A stretch of DNA of 44,094 nucleotides from positions 1 to 44,094 of the IMG/VR virus record IMGVR_UViG_3300017707_001820, one strand, 5' to 3'. A program made the translations under genes and the position numbers. Positions 35,731 to 44,094 of this stretch are shown here, piece after piece. The DNA is from a virus (lineage: Duplodnaviria > Caudoviricetes). The notes beneath the pieces are model-generated. The model was not told the origin of the DNA, did not search any database, and saw only the letters and a program-made list of their open reading frames with translations. Position 1 is the first letter of the stretch; each line of letters begins with the position of its first letter.

Positions 35731-36951
35731 CTATGTTGATTCGCTGGAATCGCCGGTCAACCAAACAGCCTTCTGGGGCTCCTTGATGTAGGCGTAACCC
35801 TTGCTGATGCTGTCGTACTGAGCCACGATCCGACGACGCTGAGCTTCTTCGCTCAGGTTCAGACGGCTAACCGTCGGTCGAATCTGATAAACGAACGCCA
35901 TGAACTCAGGGATCTTGCCAAAGAAGATCCATTCGCGAGCCTGAGCGAGCGTCAGACTGTATCGAGCCATAATGGCTGAAGTCAGTCGCTGATACTCGAC
36001 AGGAGCGAAAGTCATCCCGTTGGCGACTTCCGGAGTCATGAAGAAGTGCGTCAGGTCTCCTGATCCTGGGCAGGTCGACTCTCGCTCAACGCTGGTCGCG
36101 TTCAGCAAAGGCAGAATCCGGTCTCGAGTTCGCTGGCTCGTGAACACATTCAGATTCGTCACGTCGACCGACATCGGGCGAGCATGAACCAAGTCTGTCA
36201 TGTCGTAGAACAGGTTCTTGACAGTCTGCAGGTCTTCTCCGCAGGTCAAAGTCAGGGAAGCCGCGTTGATCCATGGGCCACCGGAACCATCGTCGAACGG
36301 AGTGCCTGTCGCGCCATCTTCGTAGAAGATGTCGTACAGAGTTCCGCTGCGATCGTAGGTCACGTTGTAGCCGATCAGAGCGTCGACCAACTTTTCCTCA
36401 CGGTACAGGTTGTGAGCGTCAGCGATCTTCGGAACCTGCTGCATGGCGAATCCGTTCGGATCCTTGCACATTGCTTCGCGAGTGAACGCGATGCCGGCTC
36501 CGACAGTCTTTCCATTCGGGTGTTCCAGATAATCGCTGGCAACACCGTAGAGCGGGCTTGGCTCAAGCTCGCACAGCTCATGAACCTTGATGTCGCTGAA
36601 GACACCCCAGTCCTTGAACGATTCTTCGCACTCACCACGGGTCTCTACCGGAGCGATTGCAGAGAGCTTGTACTCTTCGCGAGGGTTCTCCTGCAGAGAG
36701 TAGCGGATGGTTCGCTGAACCATCTTATTGAACGTGCCACTGGTCACGATGGCTTCCATCGCGTCCGAGTCCATGTTCATGATCTTCTCTTTGAAGTTCG
36801 GCCCGAAGTCCTGCTCAACGCAGTAGTTCAAGTCGATATCCAAAGGCTTAACCTGCTTTGACTCAAGAGCCTCGTCGAACTCTTCGAGAACCTGATCGCC
36901 GTGCTTCTTGTAAGCGTCAATGACCTTTTTCGTGAGTTGGCGATTCGCCAT
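35731..36951 (-). CDS. major capsid protein (Mu gpT-like)
   Basis: 406 aa after protease and decoration genes; KTVGAGIAFTREAMCKD resembles the gpT T.G....TR.A..ND motif; followed by a terminator. Confidence 0.8.
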   Translation of the reverse strand: MANRQLTKKVIDAYKKHGDQVLEEFDEALESKQVKPLDIDLNYCVEQDFGPNFKEKIMNMDSDAMEAIVTSGTFNKMVQRTIRYSLQENPREEYKLSAIAPVETRGECEESFKDWGVFSDIKVHELCELEPSPLYGVASDYLEHPNGKTVGAGIAFTREAMCKDPNGFAMQQVPKIADAHNLYREEKLVDALIGYNVTYDRSGTLYDIFYEDGATGTPFDDGSGGPWINAASLTLTCGEDLQTVKNLFYDMTDLVHARPMSVDVTNLNVFTSQRTRDRILPLLNATSVERESTCPGSGDLTHFFMTPEVANGMTFAPVEYQRLTSAIMARYSLTLAQAREWIFFGKIPEFMAFVYQIRPTVSRLNLSEEAQRRRIVAQYDSISKGYAYIKEPQKAVWLTGDSSEST

Positions 36952-36990
36952 TTTACTGTCCTTGTCTGAACCTCGGAATCACCACAGAAA

Positions 36991-37524
36991 CTACGACTTG
37001 AATTCAACGAGAGCGTAAGCCTGGCTTTCGGCTCCACTGTCATTCACTGCCTGGAACACTTTCAGGCCAGCAGTATCCGTCTTCTGGATCGTGTCGTTGC
37101 TCAACAGATTTGATCCGGACACCTTCCCGAACGTGAAGCCCTGACCGCGAGTCCAGGTCGTCGGAGCATCAGCCCCGTCAGTGTCGACGATCTTGTACGC
37201 TCGCTGAAAGGTTGAGCCTTCGCGATAGAGTGCGAACGGGATGCAATCCGGAGCGTCGTTGCAGACACCGTCGTCTGAATCGATTTCCTGCAGGTTCACA
37301 CCCTGAAACTTGGCTTTCGCAGCAGTCTGCGTGGTTGCCAAGTTCGTGTCCCATGCCTGATCCGTCTGGATCAAAGCCGCCTTCAGGATTCCGGTCGCAC
37401 TGTCGCTTCCGAGGAAGTCGCCAGGGCACATATCAACCAGAGTGTCAGGCGGAGTCATGTGACGGATGTCAGTGACCGCAGGAACCTGACCGTACTGATG
37501 CATTACATTCAAACAGCGTGGCAT
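36991..37524 (-). CDS. head decoration/cement protein
   Basis: 177 aa between scaffold and capsid genes. Confidence 0.6.
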   Translation of the reverse strand: MPRCLNVMHQYGQVPAVTDIRHMTPPDTLVDMCPGDFLGSDSATGILKAALIQTDQAWDTNLATTQTAAKAKFQGVNLQEIDSDDGVCNDAPDCIPFALYREGSTFQRAYKIVDTDGADAPTTWTRGQGFTFGKVSGSNLLSNDTIQKTDTAGLKVFQAVNDSGAESQAYALVEFKS

Positions 37525-37565
37525 GTCTCGCCCTTTTCAAACAAACGAACCGAAACGGTCAGTGA

Positions 37566-38546
37566 CTACTTGCCGAGCCCGAGTTCCGCCAGAAGCGAAC
37601 CCTTCTTATAACCGGCCTTTGACCCCTGCGTCGGACGGTAAGCAGGCTTCTTTGGCTGCTCTTCCTCTTCCTTGGCAGGAGTTTCTTCTGTGTCGTCAGG
37701 ATTGTCGTCGACCAGCATCGGGCTGATCTTCGACAGAACCGAACTGAATTTCTTGCGAGCACCCTCCTGCATTTCGCAGGCGCACTCGACGATTTCTTTC
37801 ATCAGAGATTCTTCGATGGTCACGCCCTCGAAGACCTTTGTGAACTCGGCAGACACTTCGCCTCGCAACTTCTCAGTCGCTCGCTCGGCTTCCAGTGCGT
37901 CGAGGCGAGCTTTCAACTCGTCCTTCTCTTTCTTCGCCTGAGCGAGCGCGGCTTCCGTCGCGTCGGTCGCCTGCGATTCTTCGAGGATTGACTTCACGAG
38001 TTCCGGATGCTTGTCGCGGAGAGTCTTCAGGTCCATGATCTCTTCTTCCTCTGATTCGAAAATGCCAGCAGTTGTTGCCGGCTTCGTGACAATGTCGACA
38101 GACCGGAGAACCTCGATTGACTCAACAACCACGTCCCCGTCGGAACCGACTTTTCCGGACTTGATTGAGGAATTGATCGACATCCCCAACGACTTCGGAG
38201 CGTTCACAACATCCCACAAGAACTGTTCTGCAACAGCGTGTTTCGGGTTAAAATGCACGTCCCCGAAGTAACCTTCGCCGGGACGGTACTCAACTTTCTG
38301 GCCGACAACAGCAAATTTGTCTCGATAGGAGCGACTTGTCGTCGCCGTCGGAGGATGGTCGATGTAAATCGACGTTCCCGGCAGCAACTTCATCGCCGAC
38401 TTCTGGACTCCCGGGGTGTCGTAGTTGCGTTTGTTGCGACTTCGCAACCCGAGCAACTTCACACCTCGGATAATTCCCCGCTCTCGGTCAATTCGATCCT
38501 CAGCAATGGCTTCGAACGCATCTTCTGTTACGAGGATGTCACTCAT
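37566..38546 (-). CDS. capsid maturation protease / scaffold fusion
   Basis: GVKLLG..SRN.R.Y, YIDH, GMSI, SVDIVTKPA, followed by a charged coiled coil. Confidence 0.85.
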   Translation of the reverse strand: MSDILVTEDAFEAIAEDRIDRERGIIRGVKLLGLRSRNKRNYDTPGVQKSAMKLLPGTSIYIDHPPTATTSRSYRDKFAVVGQKVEYRPGEGYFGDVHFNPKHAVAEQFLWDVVNAPKSLGMSINSSIKSGKVGSDGDVVVESIEVLRSVDIVTKPATTAGIFESEEEEIMDLKTLRDKHPELVKSILEESQATDATEAALAQAKKEKDELKARLDALEAERATEKLRGEVSAEFTKVFEGVTIEESLMKEIVECACEMQEGARKKFSSVLSKISPMLVDDNPDDTEETPAKEEEEQPKKPAYRPTQGSKAGYKKGSLLAELGLGK

Positions 38547-38602
38547 TTGGTTCCGCCTTTGCCGCCCTTCGGTTTCTTCTTACTTCCGCAGCCACATCCC
38601 AT
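38543..38602 (-). CDS. 19-aa peptide MGCGCGSKKKPKGGKGGTK
   Basis: AGGGGG RBS; TGA overlaps the protease ATG (ATGA). Confidence 0.4.
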   Translation of the reverse strand: MGCGCGSKKKPKGGKGGTK

Positions 38603-38680
38603 GGCAAACCCCCTTTGTCAAATCGCCAAATTGACAATAAGTCATTTTGTACGAACTTGACAAGACTACTGCAACCGAAT

Positions 38681-40285
38681 TTAAGCGTTTCGAGTCGGAT
38701 CTTTCTTCGAAACACCCTTTTCTTTCATCGGATCGGCTTTGTTGCCTGCCGTTGGCCCGGGAGTGCCGAGATTCTGCGGTGCTTGCGGCGATCCAGCCGG
38801 CAGCGGCAGTTCGTTGGCCAGTTCGAGTTTTCTCTGAGCGTTTTCGGCCACTGCTTCGAGTCCTTCTGGAGCCAAAGCGGTCTTCGTGGCGACGGCTCCT
38901 CGGTCCCACCAGTCTTTCATCACCTCGTGATCTTCCTGGCGGTTGCGAGTCTGAACTCGTGGCGGCTTTATTTCCAGGACAACCTGCATCACGTCAGCCG
39001 TCGTCAAATCGTGTTCCCCTGATTCTGCAGCGTACCACAGGGCTTGCTTCAGAATCCGCAGGTCTTCCTGAACCATCAAGCTCTGCTCGTACCGCATCGA
39101 CTTGTGGAACGGGCCTTCTGAGACCAGCGTCGAGGCGAAGTTCCCCTCGCTGACGTTTGCAGTCAGCATGAATTCCGGCAACTTCATCCCCGCAGCGCAC
39201 GCGCGAAGCAGCGAAACCAGTGTTTCAATGTGGTTACTGTTCCCAGCGCCCGTCTCTGGGAACTCGTACTTGATCTGCGACGGAACTGTGACCACTGCAG
39301 TCGACGGCATGTCGAAAGTCTCTGACTGCCCGCTGCTTCCCCCGCCCGTCTGCTGCGTATTCAGGTAGCTCTTGACCGCATCACTCGACGGATTCCCCAT
39401 GATCGTCCGAATCGCGCCGAACGCAGCCTGAAACGAACTCGTTCGCATCAGATTGGCCAACAGTTTCTTAGCGAAGATCAGTTCTTCGCGGACTGGCCAG
39501 TACAGCGTCAATCCCCGAGGATCTGCTGACAGCACGTTTCTCTTGCGATGCTGAACCAGAATGCGATCCTGACTTTCTTCCATCAACGGGATGTTGTCGC
39601 CACGGAAGTTCGCGAGCCCACCGTCCTTCGTCATTTTCGTGACGAATCGCAGGTCCGGATACCAAACATCCTTGAGGAAGTACGCGACCGGCTTTGCCCG
39701 CACGTCATTCGTCTTCCGCACGCCCAGCGAATCGAAGTATTCCTTCGTCGCGTCGTCTGGATCCACGAAATTGCTCTTCGGGTCGTCGTCAAGATCTTGT
39801 GGTTCGCCGAAGTAAACCCGGATCATCCCGTCGTCGTCGTAACTCAGCAGGTCAAACACCTCGCCGTGACGGTCGCATCGCTGGCTGACTTCCGATTGCC
39901 GGTTCTGCCACTGATTCTCGGCCATCCAGATCTCGAGGAACGCCTCCACTTTGCGAACCGACTCTGAGTTCGGCTGATTCTCGTCCTTCGGCTTGACGGT
40001 GACGGAATGCCCTGTGTCGGCGATGTAGTAGGACCGATTGTCCTTAGCGTTCGTGCCCCAGGGCATTCTGCCAAGCTGGTCCCCGAGAACAATCGCCTCC
40101 CGGACATCCTGAATGTTCTCGAACGGCTCGTCGCCACCGAACGGAAGCTGATCGCCGTTCGCGTTCACTCCGCCGCAACTGACTCCGAGTTCCTCGAAGA
40201 TCCGCGCAGCCGCCTTCGTGGCTTCGATTGCCAGTTTCTCGTTCTCAATCACCCACGTCGTCGACAAACCGTTCGCATATGCCAT
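38681..40285 (-). CDS. portal protein
   Basis: 534 aa after the terminase; RHGEVF, PRGL, LPEFMLTANVSEGNFAS motifs; GAGGAG RBS. Confidence 0.85.
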   Translation of the reverse strand: MAYANGLSTTWVIENEKLAIEATKAAARIFEELGVSCGGVNANGDQLPFGGDEPFENIQDVREAIVLGDQLGRMPWGTNAKDNRSYYIADTGHSVTVKPKDENQPNSESVRKVEAFLEIWMAENQWQNRQSEVSQRCDRHGEVFDLLSYDDDGMIRVYFGEPQDLDDDPKSNFVDPDDATKEYFDSLGVRKTNDVRAKPVAYFLKDVWYPDLRFVTKMTKDGGLANFRGDNIPLMEESQDRILVQHRKRNVLSADPRGLTLYWPVREELIFAKKLLANLMRTSSFQAAFGAIRTIMGNPSSDAVKSYLNTQQTGGGSSGQSETFDMPSTAVVTVPSQIKYEFPETGAGNSNHIETLVSLLRACAAGMKLPEFMLTANVSEGNFASTLVSEGPFHKSMRYEQSLMVQEDLRILKQALWYAAESGEHDLTTADVMQVVLEIKPPRVQTRNRQEDHEVMKDWWDRGAVATKTALAPEGLEAVAENAQRKLELANELPLPAGSPQAPQNLGTPGPTAGNKADPMKEKGVSKKDPTRNA

Positions 40286-40307
40286 CTGATGTCTCCTCGA
40301 CGACAGA

Positions 40308-40556
40308 TTACGGCTTTTCCTGCTGATTGGCAATCAGAGTCCCCGCCAGCCACTCTTCTCTTGTCAAAATGCAGTACGGCTGTCGGTAGGAATCCTGACC
40401 GTAGTAGTCTTCTGCTCGCTCAACCCACAAAGTCTTGCTCTTTGGGTACTCCTTCATTGGAAAGCCGAAATGCTCAACGAAGCAGAGCCTCTTCTGGCCG
40501 AACATTTCAACAACGGATTCGATTAAGTCGCCTTCACTCATTTCACTTTCCTTCAT
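40308..40556 (-). CDS. hypothetical protein
   Basis: 82 aa between nuclease and portal. Confidence 0.5.
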   Translation of the reverse strand: MKESEMSEGDLIESVVEMFGQKRLCFVEHFGFPMKEYPKSKTLWVERAEDYYGQDSYRQPYCILTREEWLAGTLIANQQEKP

Positions 40557-40557
40557 C

Positions 40558-40896
40558 TTAGTACGACTTGTATGCCGCCATTCCGGCCTGAACGAGCAGG
40601 TCATTCACGCAAATATCGTCCTTGAACACCTCTGCCAGATATCTGCCATACTTCTCCTGACTGTCCTTGATCGTCCTCACGTCGATCTCAGAGTCGACCG
40701 GCATCAGGGCGATCAAATAGTCCCTCGCCGCAATCCCCTGCTCTCGCTGCGGGCCTCTGACTTCCGGTGTGTTGATCCGCGCCAGTCTCAGTTTCTGCTT
40801 CGTGTGCGACCCAAACCCAAGGTCGACCATCACAGTGATCGTGTCGCCGTCGTAAATCGAAATGACGGTCGCCGAATACTGGTACTTCGTGATCAT
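40558..40896 (-). CDS. thermonuclease (SNase-like)
   Basis: IYDGDTI..VDLGF, LRLARINTPE, EKYGRYLA, VNDLLVQAGMA. Confidence 0.9.
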   Translation of the reverse strand: MITKYQYSATVISIYDGDTITVMVDLGFGSHTKQKLRLARINTPEVRGPQREQGIAARDYLIALMPVDSEIDVRTIKDSQEKYGRYLAEVFKDDICVNDLLVQAGMAAYKSY

Positions 40897-41060
40897 CGAA
40901 GAAACCTCCACCACCAAAACGTCGATCTCACTGCTCGCCGGTAAATTCCTACGTTCGCATTTTGCTGAAACGATTGGTCGACGACCATAGAGATCGTCTG
41001 AATCGCAAACTCAACCGGATCCGACTTTTCGCGGCAATGACCGCATCCTCGCTTACTCAC
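40893..41060 (-). CDS. small hypothetical protein (55 aa)
   Basis: GTG start, MSKRGCGHCREK...FWWWRFLR; fills the terminase-nuclease gap with an ATGA overlap. Confidence 0.4.
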   Translation of the reverse strand: MSKRGCGHCREKSDPVEFAIQTISMVVDQSFQQNANVGIYRRAVRSTFWWWRFLR

Positions 41061-41061
41061 G

Positions 41062-42507
41062 TCACTTCTCCTTCCTCAGATTCTCCCAGTATTCCTGCTC
41101 ATATCTCGGCAACTGAGTACACATCGCCAATGCATCCGGCCCGTCGTCGTGCTTCCCGACCCCCGGGATTCCGTCGAACTGCTTAATCTGCTGCAGCAGA
41201 AGCGTCGTCCCCGGATTCTCGAGGAACCGGAACTCTCGCTGAGTCAGCCGCTTGTCCAGTCCTCTCCGGATCCTCATTTCCTTCTTCAGCATGTCCTCGA
41301 CCGGAATAATGATCCCTCCAGACATCAAATATTTCGACAGGGCGTAGTCCGGGTGATTCGCCGCGTAGTTCATGATCAAGTCGCGAAAAATACTCTGAAA
41401 CTGCGTCGATTCAATCCCAATCAGGTCGCCTGATCTGATCCGGTGGTGATCCTGCTCGCAGAACAGGAACAAGTCCTCAATAATCTCCGACGGCGATCGT
41501 CTCTTGAGATCCGCGTCGACGTACGCCAGTTCTGACGTTTGTGCCATACAGACAATTGCCGAATAGTCACCCTTCTTGACGGAGCGACCCTTGCTTGGGT
41601 CGACGCAGAACATTCGGACGATGTCGTTGGCATGTTTCGGGACGGGGAACTTCTCGAGCGGGATGTAAATATCCGTGAACAGTTCTCTATCCCACTCGGC
41701 ACCCGTCTTCGACGACACCAACCAGCAGCCGTTCAGGAAGCGGTCTCGCTCGTCTTCTGACATCGCCTCGAGTCGCTGGCGATATGTCGGGTCGGACTGC
41801 ATCAGATGTGTGTTGTCTCGCAGTGTCGCGCCGATGAACGTCGCGGATGTCGAAACACACTCGTTCTCGCCGGTTTCTTCGTTGATCTCGTAGTGAGGCT
41901 CGTCGTACCAGTGAAAATCCGGCTCGACGTACCGGAAATGCCGAATAACTCCTGACCGCTCAGGTATTGGCAGGCCCGTCTCCGGTGAAAGCCACCAGTA
42001 CAGAAAACGATAGAGAAACGAATCGTTATCCGGATTGCAGGATAACTTCATTCTCGGCTGGATCCCGGACTTCGATCTGCATCGCCCCCAGAGGTACTGC
42101 ACGAACTTGAGCGGCCACTGTGTCGCCTCGTCGATCGCCAATGCATCAAGCTGGGCTCCCTGATAGTCCTCAAGGTTCTTTTCGAACTGACAAGACCCCA
42201 AGGCAATCTTAGCACCGCACGGGAATTCAAACTCGTTGCGAGTGTGATTGTAAATCGCACCATAAGGCCGATACATCTCTTTGCAGTGATCCAGCAGGGC
42301 TCCTGACTTGGTCAACTGCGGATAAGTTCGACGCATGATCAAACCACGGAACAACGGATTCGCATGCGGCCCCTGACAATGCCTGAGCATGTCGAGCGTC
42401 ACAATGTGGCTCTTCCCGGAACCTGCTGCGCCGCCATAGATCAGCCACTCGGCAGGCGATTGCAGGACGCGGTATTGTGGGTCGGAGAGTTTCATCGGAA
42501 CACTCAA
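41062..42507 (-). CDS. terL: terminase large subunit
   Basis: Walker A YGGAAGSGKS, Walker B IDEATQ, SCNP, nuclease VDPS...DYSA, HDDGPDAL. Confidence 0.95.
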   Translation of the reverse strand: MSVPMKLSDPQYRVLQSPAEWLIYGGAAGSGKSHIVTLDMLRHCQGPHANPLFRGLIMRRTYPQLTKSGALLDHCKEMYRPYGAIYNHTRNEFEFPCGAKIALGSCQFEKNLEDYQGAQLDALAIDEATQWPLKFVQYLWGRCRSKSGIQPRMKLSCNPDNDSFLYRFLYWWLSPETGLPIPERSGVIRHFRYVEPDFHWYDEPHYEINEETGENECVSTSATFIGATLRDNTHLMQSDPTYRQRLEAMSEDERDRFLNGCWLVSSKTGAEWDRELFTDIYIPLEKFPVPKHANDIVRMFCVDPSKGRSVKKGDYSAIVCMAQTSELAYVDADLKRRSPSEIIEDLFLFCEQDHHRIRSGDLIGIESTQFQSIFRDLIMNYAANHPDYALSKYLMSGGIIIPVEDMLKKEMRIRRGLDKRLTQREFRFLENPGTTLLLQQIKQFDGIPGVGKHDDGPDALAMCTQLPRYEQEYWENLRKEK

Positions 42508-42512
42508 TAAAC

Positions 42513-42548
42513 AAGCAGCCAGCGATTCGGGGGAATCGCTGACTGCTT
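42513..42548. terminator. Strong hairpin immediately upstream of terL
   Basis: AAGCAGCCAGCGATTC-GGGG-GAATCGCTGACTGCTT (16-bp stem, one mismatch). Confidence 0.5.
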
Positions 42549-42558
42549 TCGGGGAGAA

Positions 42559-42822
42559 CTACTCGGTTACATCAACTGAAGTATTGTCGACGCATTCCTT
42601 AAGTCGCTTCTTCATGTCTTCTGACGAAATAAAAACTGGAACCGGAGGCTCAATGCTTACCCCTGTAATCGTCGCCTTCACATCCGATGACGGACGACCT
42701 CGCTTCTTCTCTGACTGCATCTGAGTGAGCAACGCAAACGCTGCTGTCCTGGCAATCGACTCGGAATCCGCGTTCTGAACGTCACACTCGACGTTAATCC
42801 TGAAACGAAACTGCTTCGACAT
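42559..42822 (-). CDS. hypothetical protein
   Basis: 87 aa with KKRGRP; AAGGG RBS. Confidence 0.6.
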   Translation of the reverse strand: MSKQFRFRINVECDVQNADSESIARTAAFALLTQMQSEKKRGRPSSDVKATITGVSIEPPVPVFISSEDMKKRLKECVDNTSVDVTE

Positions 42823-42959
42823 TTCTGACCCTTCGGCTTGTGGCTGTTGAACTGACGCACTTCAAAAACTAATCCCCAAACAGCGACGAATCTTCTCCGC
42901 CGCTGCAAATTACACACAGAACCAAGACGACGAGCAATATTTTCACATGCACGTCCATC

Positions 42960-43190
42960 TTATCGCCCAATTCTACACGGCTTACACCGCGTTTTCATCC
43001 CGACACACTCCCCCGCCTCATTCCAGTAATAAACACCGTCGAACTCCACCTTCGGAGGCGCAGATCGCTGGGCACGGTGACGAGCCTGATCAGCGAGGTA
43101 CAGTTCTCTGGGTGTCGGCTTCTTCGTGGCTGAGAGGGAGGTTTGTGATGCTGCGAGCAGAATGGCGATCGCGAGGAAAATGCGGATCAT
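42960..43190 (-). CDS. small exported protein
   Basis: Signal peptide MIRIFLAIAILLAASQTSLS; AGGAG RBS; ATGA coupling. Confidence 0.6.
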   Translation of the reverse strand: MIRIFLAIAILLAASQTSLSATKKPTPRELYLADQARHRAQRSAPPKVEFDGVYYWNEAGECVGMKTRCKPCRIGR

Positions 43191-43396
43191 CGCTGGACTC
43201 CTGAACTGTCGATTGTGGTGGTGGAATGAGGCGGACGGGTGAAACCATGCAGCGGGCAATTGCCCGAGTGGATGAATGTGTATGTGCCGTCACCAGAGGG
43301 GCGACCTGTGCCCTGATGGTTGTCGTAGATCGGGCAGAGACAGCCGGAAGCGATTGCGGCGGGGGATCCGGGGGTTGGTTGGGCATGTTTATCCAT
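43187..43396 (-). CDS. small Cys/His (Zn-binding-like) phage protein
   Basis: PGSPAAIASGCLCPIYDNHQG...CPLHG motif. Confidence 0.7.
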   Translation of the reverse strand: MDKHAQPTPGSPAAIASGCLCPIYDNHQGTGRPSGDGTYTFIHSGNCPLHGFTRPPHSTTTIDSSGVQR

Positions 43397-43766
43397 CGCA
43401 GCCTCGGCATTCGTCGTCGTAAGTATTCGCTTCGACAGAAGGATCTTCAGGAATTGAAGGATGACTCCACGCATGGCGAAGATCTGTAACACTGCTTGGA
43501 TTCATAATCATCCAGAAGGTGTCGCCCTTCTGAATGAAATGCCTGTCCATGTAGATGAATGGAGACACAACACCATCCGACGGAACAAGCGAAGTTGGAT
43601 TCCAATTATACGCCACAGGGAAACCACGATTGTTGCCTGAAATATAAATGCGATGACCAACCTTGAGATCCATTTGGCCAGCAATCACCTGAACCACCGC
43701 AACGTGGATCGCGTCGCGCGGACGAGGTGTTGGGTTTACTTCGGAAAGGTTGATTTCGATGGACAT
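43389..43766 (-). CDS. phage hypothetical protein
   Basis: RDAIHVAV...GVVSPF...FW....P..VTDLRHAWSHP; AAAGGA RBS. Confidence 0.7.
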   Translation of the reverse strand: MSIEINLSEVNPTPRPRDAIHVAVVQVIAGQMDLKVGHRIYISGNNRGFPVAYNWNPTSLVPSDGVVSPFIYMDRHFIQKGDTFWMIMNPSSVTDLRHAWSHPSIPEDPSVEANTYDDECRGCDG

Positions 43767-43920
43767 GTGGAGGTTCCTTTGTTTGGGTAAAGGATAAGTG
43801 TAGACGAATAGTTGTAGAAATGGAAGTTGTTTTTTATTTTTTTATTCAATTGAGTCAGGTGCCTAATGCCCCTATCCCCGCCCCTACGATTTCGTCGATA
43901 GTTCGAATCCGATGGGGTTT

Positions 43921-44094
43921 CCGGAGAGCCGGAAGGTCGGCTGCATCCGGAGAGCCGGAAGGTCGGCTGCATCCGGAGAGCCGGAAGGTCGGCTGCATCC
44001 GGAGAGCCGGAAGGTCGGCTGCTTCCGGAGAGCCGGAAGGTCGGCTGCTTCCGGAGAGCCGGAAGGTCGGCTGCTTCCGGAGAGCCGGAAGGTC
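43921..44094. repeat. 26-bp tandem repeat (6 full copies plus a partial), running off the window edge
   Basis: Unit CCGGAGAGCCGGAAGGTCGGCTGC(A/T)T; first three copies A, next three T. Confidence 0.97.

Noticed and set aside
43921-44094. CRISPR array
   Set aside because: Units are head-to-tail with no unique spacers, and no cas genes are present.
1-44094. Integrase, repressor, DNA polymerase or alternative genetic code
   Set aside because: No such motifs recognised; core genes read through intact in the standard code, so no stop reassignment is indicated.

Overview
Most of a tailed dsDNA bacteriophage genome (siphovirus-like: no sheath gene, 837-aa tape measure, GGGAAAC -1 frameshift tail chaperone). 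No integrase or DNA polymerase was recognised in the window. The left arm (1-11.2 kb) has two divergent early/replication operons: C5 DNA methyltransferase with a nested alternative-frame ORF, Prim-Pol, CsrA, HNH-AP2, SNF2 helicase and an SSB-like gene. It also has a 2-kb array of small genes and aberrant tRNA-like RNAs, separated by a conserved 25-bp quasi-palindrome (AACAGCGG-N8-TCCGATAGT). The right arm (11.2-43.8 kb, minus strand) runs: terminase, thermonuclease, portal, protease/scaffold, decoration, Mu-gpT-like capsid, neck, tail tube, chaperone, tape measure, Cys-rich tail proteins, a 7-gene glycosyltransferase/Stealth/methyltransferase/radical-SAM cluster, holin, papain-like peptidase, thioredoxin, then two alternative LamG modules in tandem bracketed by exact direct repeats. 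A 26-bp tandem repeat runs off the right edge. Most interesting: (1) the cassette-like site array, whose motif also brackets a LamG module; (2) the exchangeable LamG modules, which can be fused in frame through a 35-bp repeat; (3) a probable virion-glycosylation system with S-D-S-A-S-E-S tags on several structural proteins. All assignments come from motif recognition by eye; no database searches were run.
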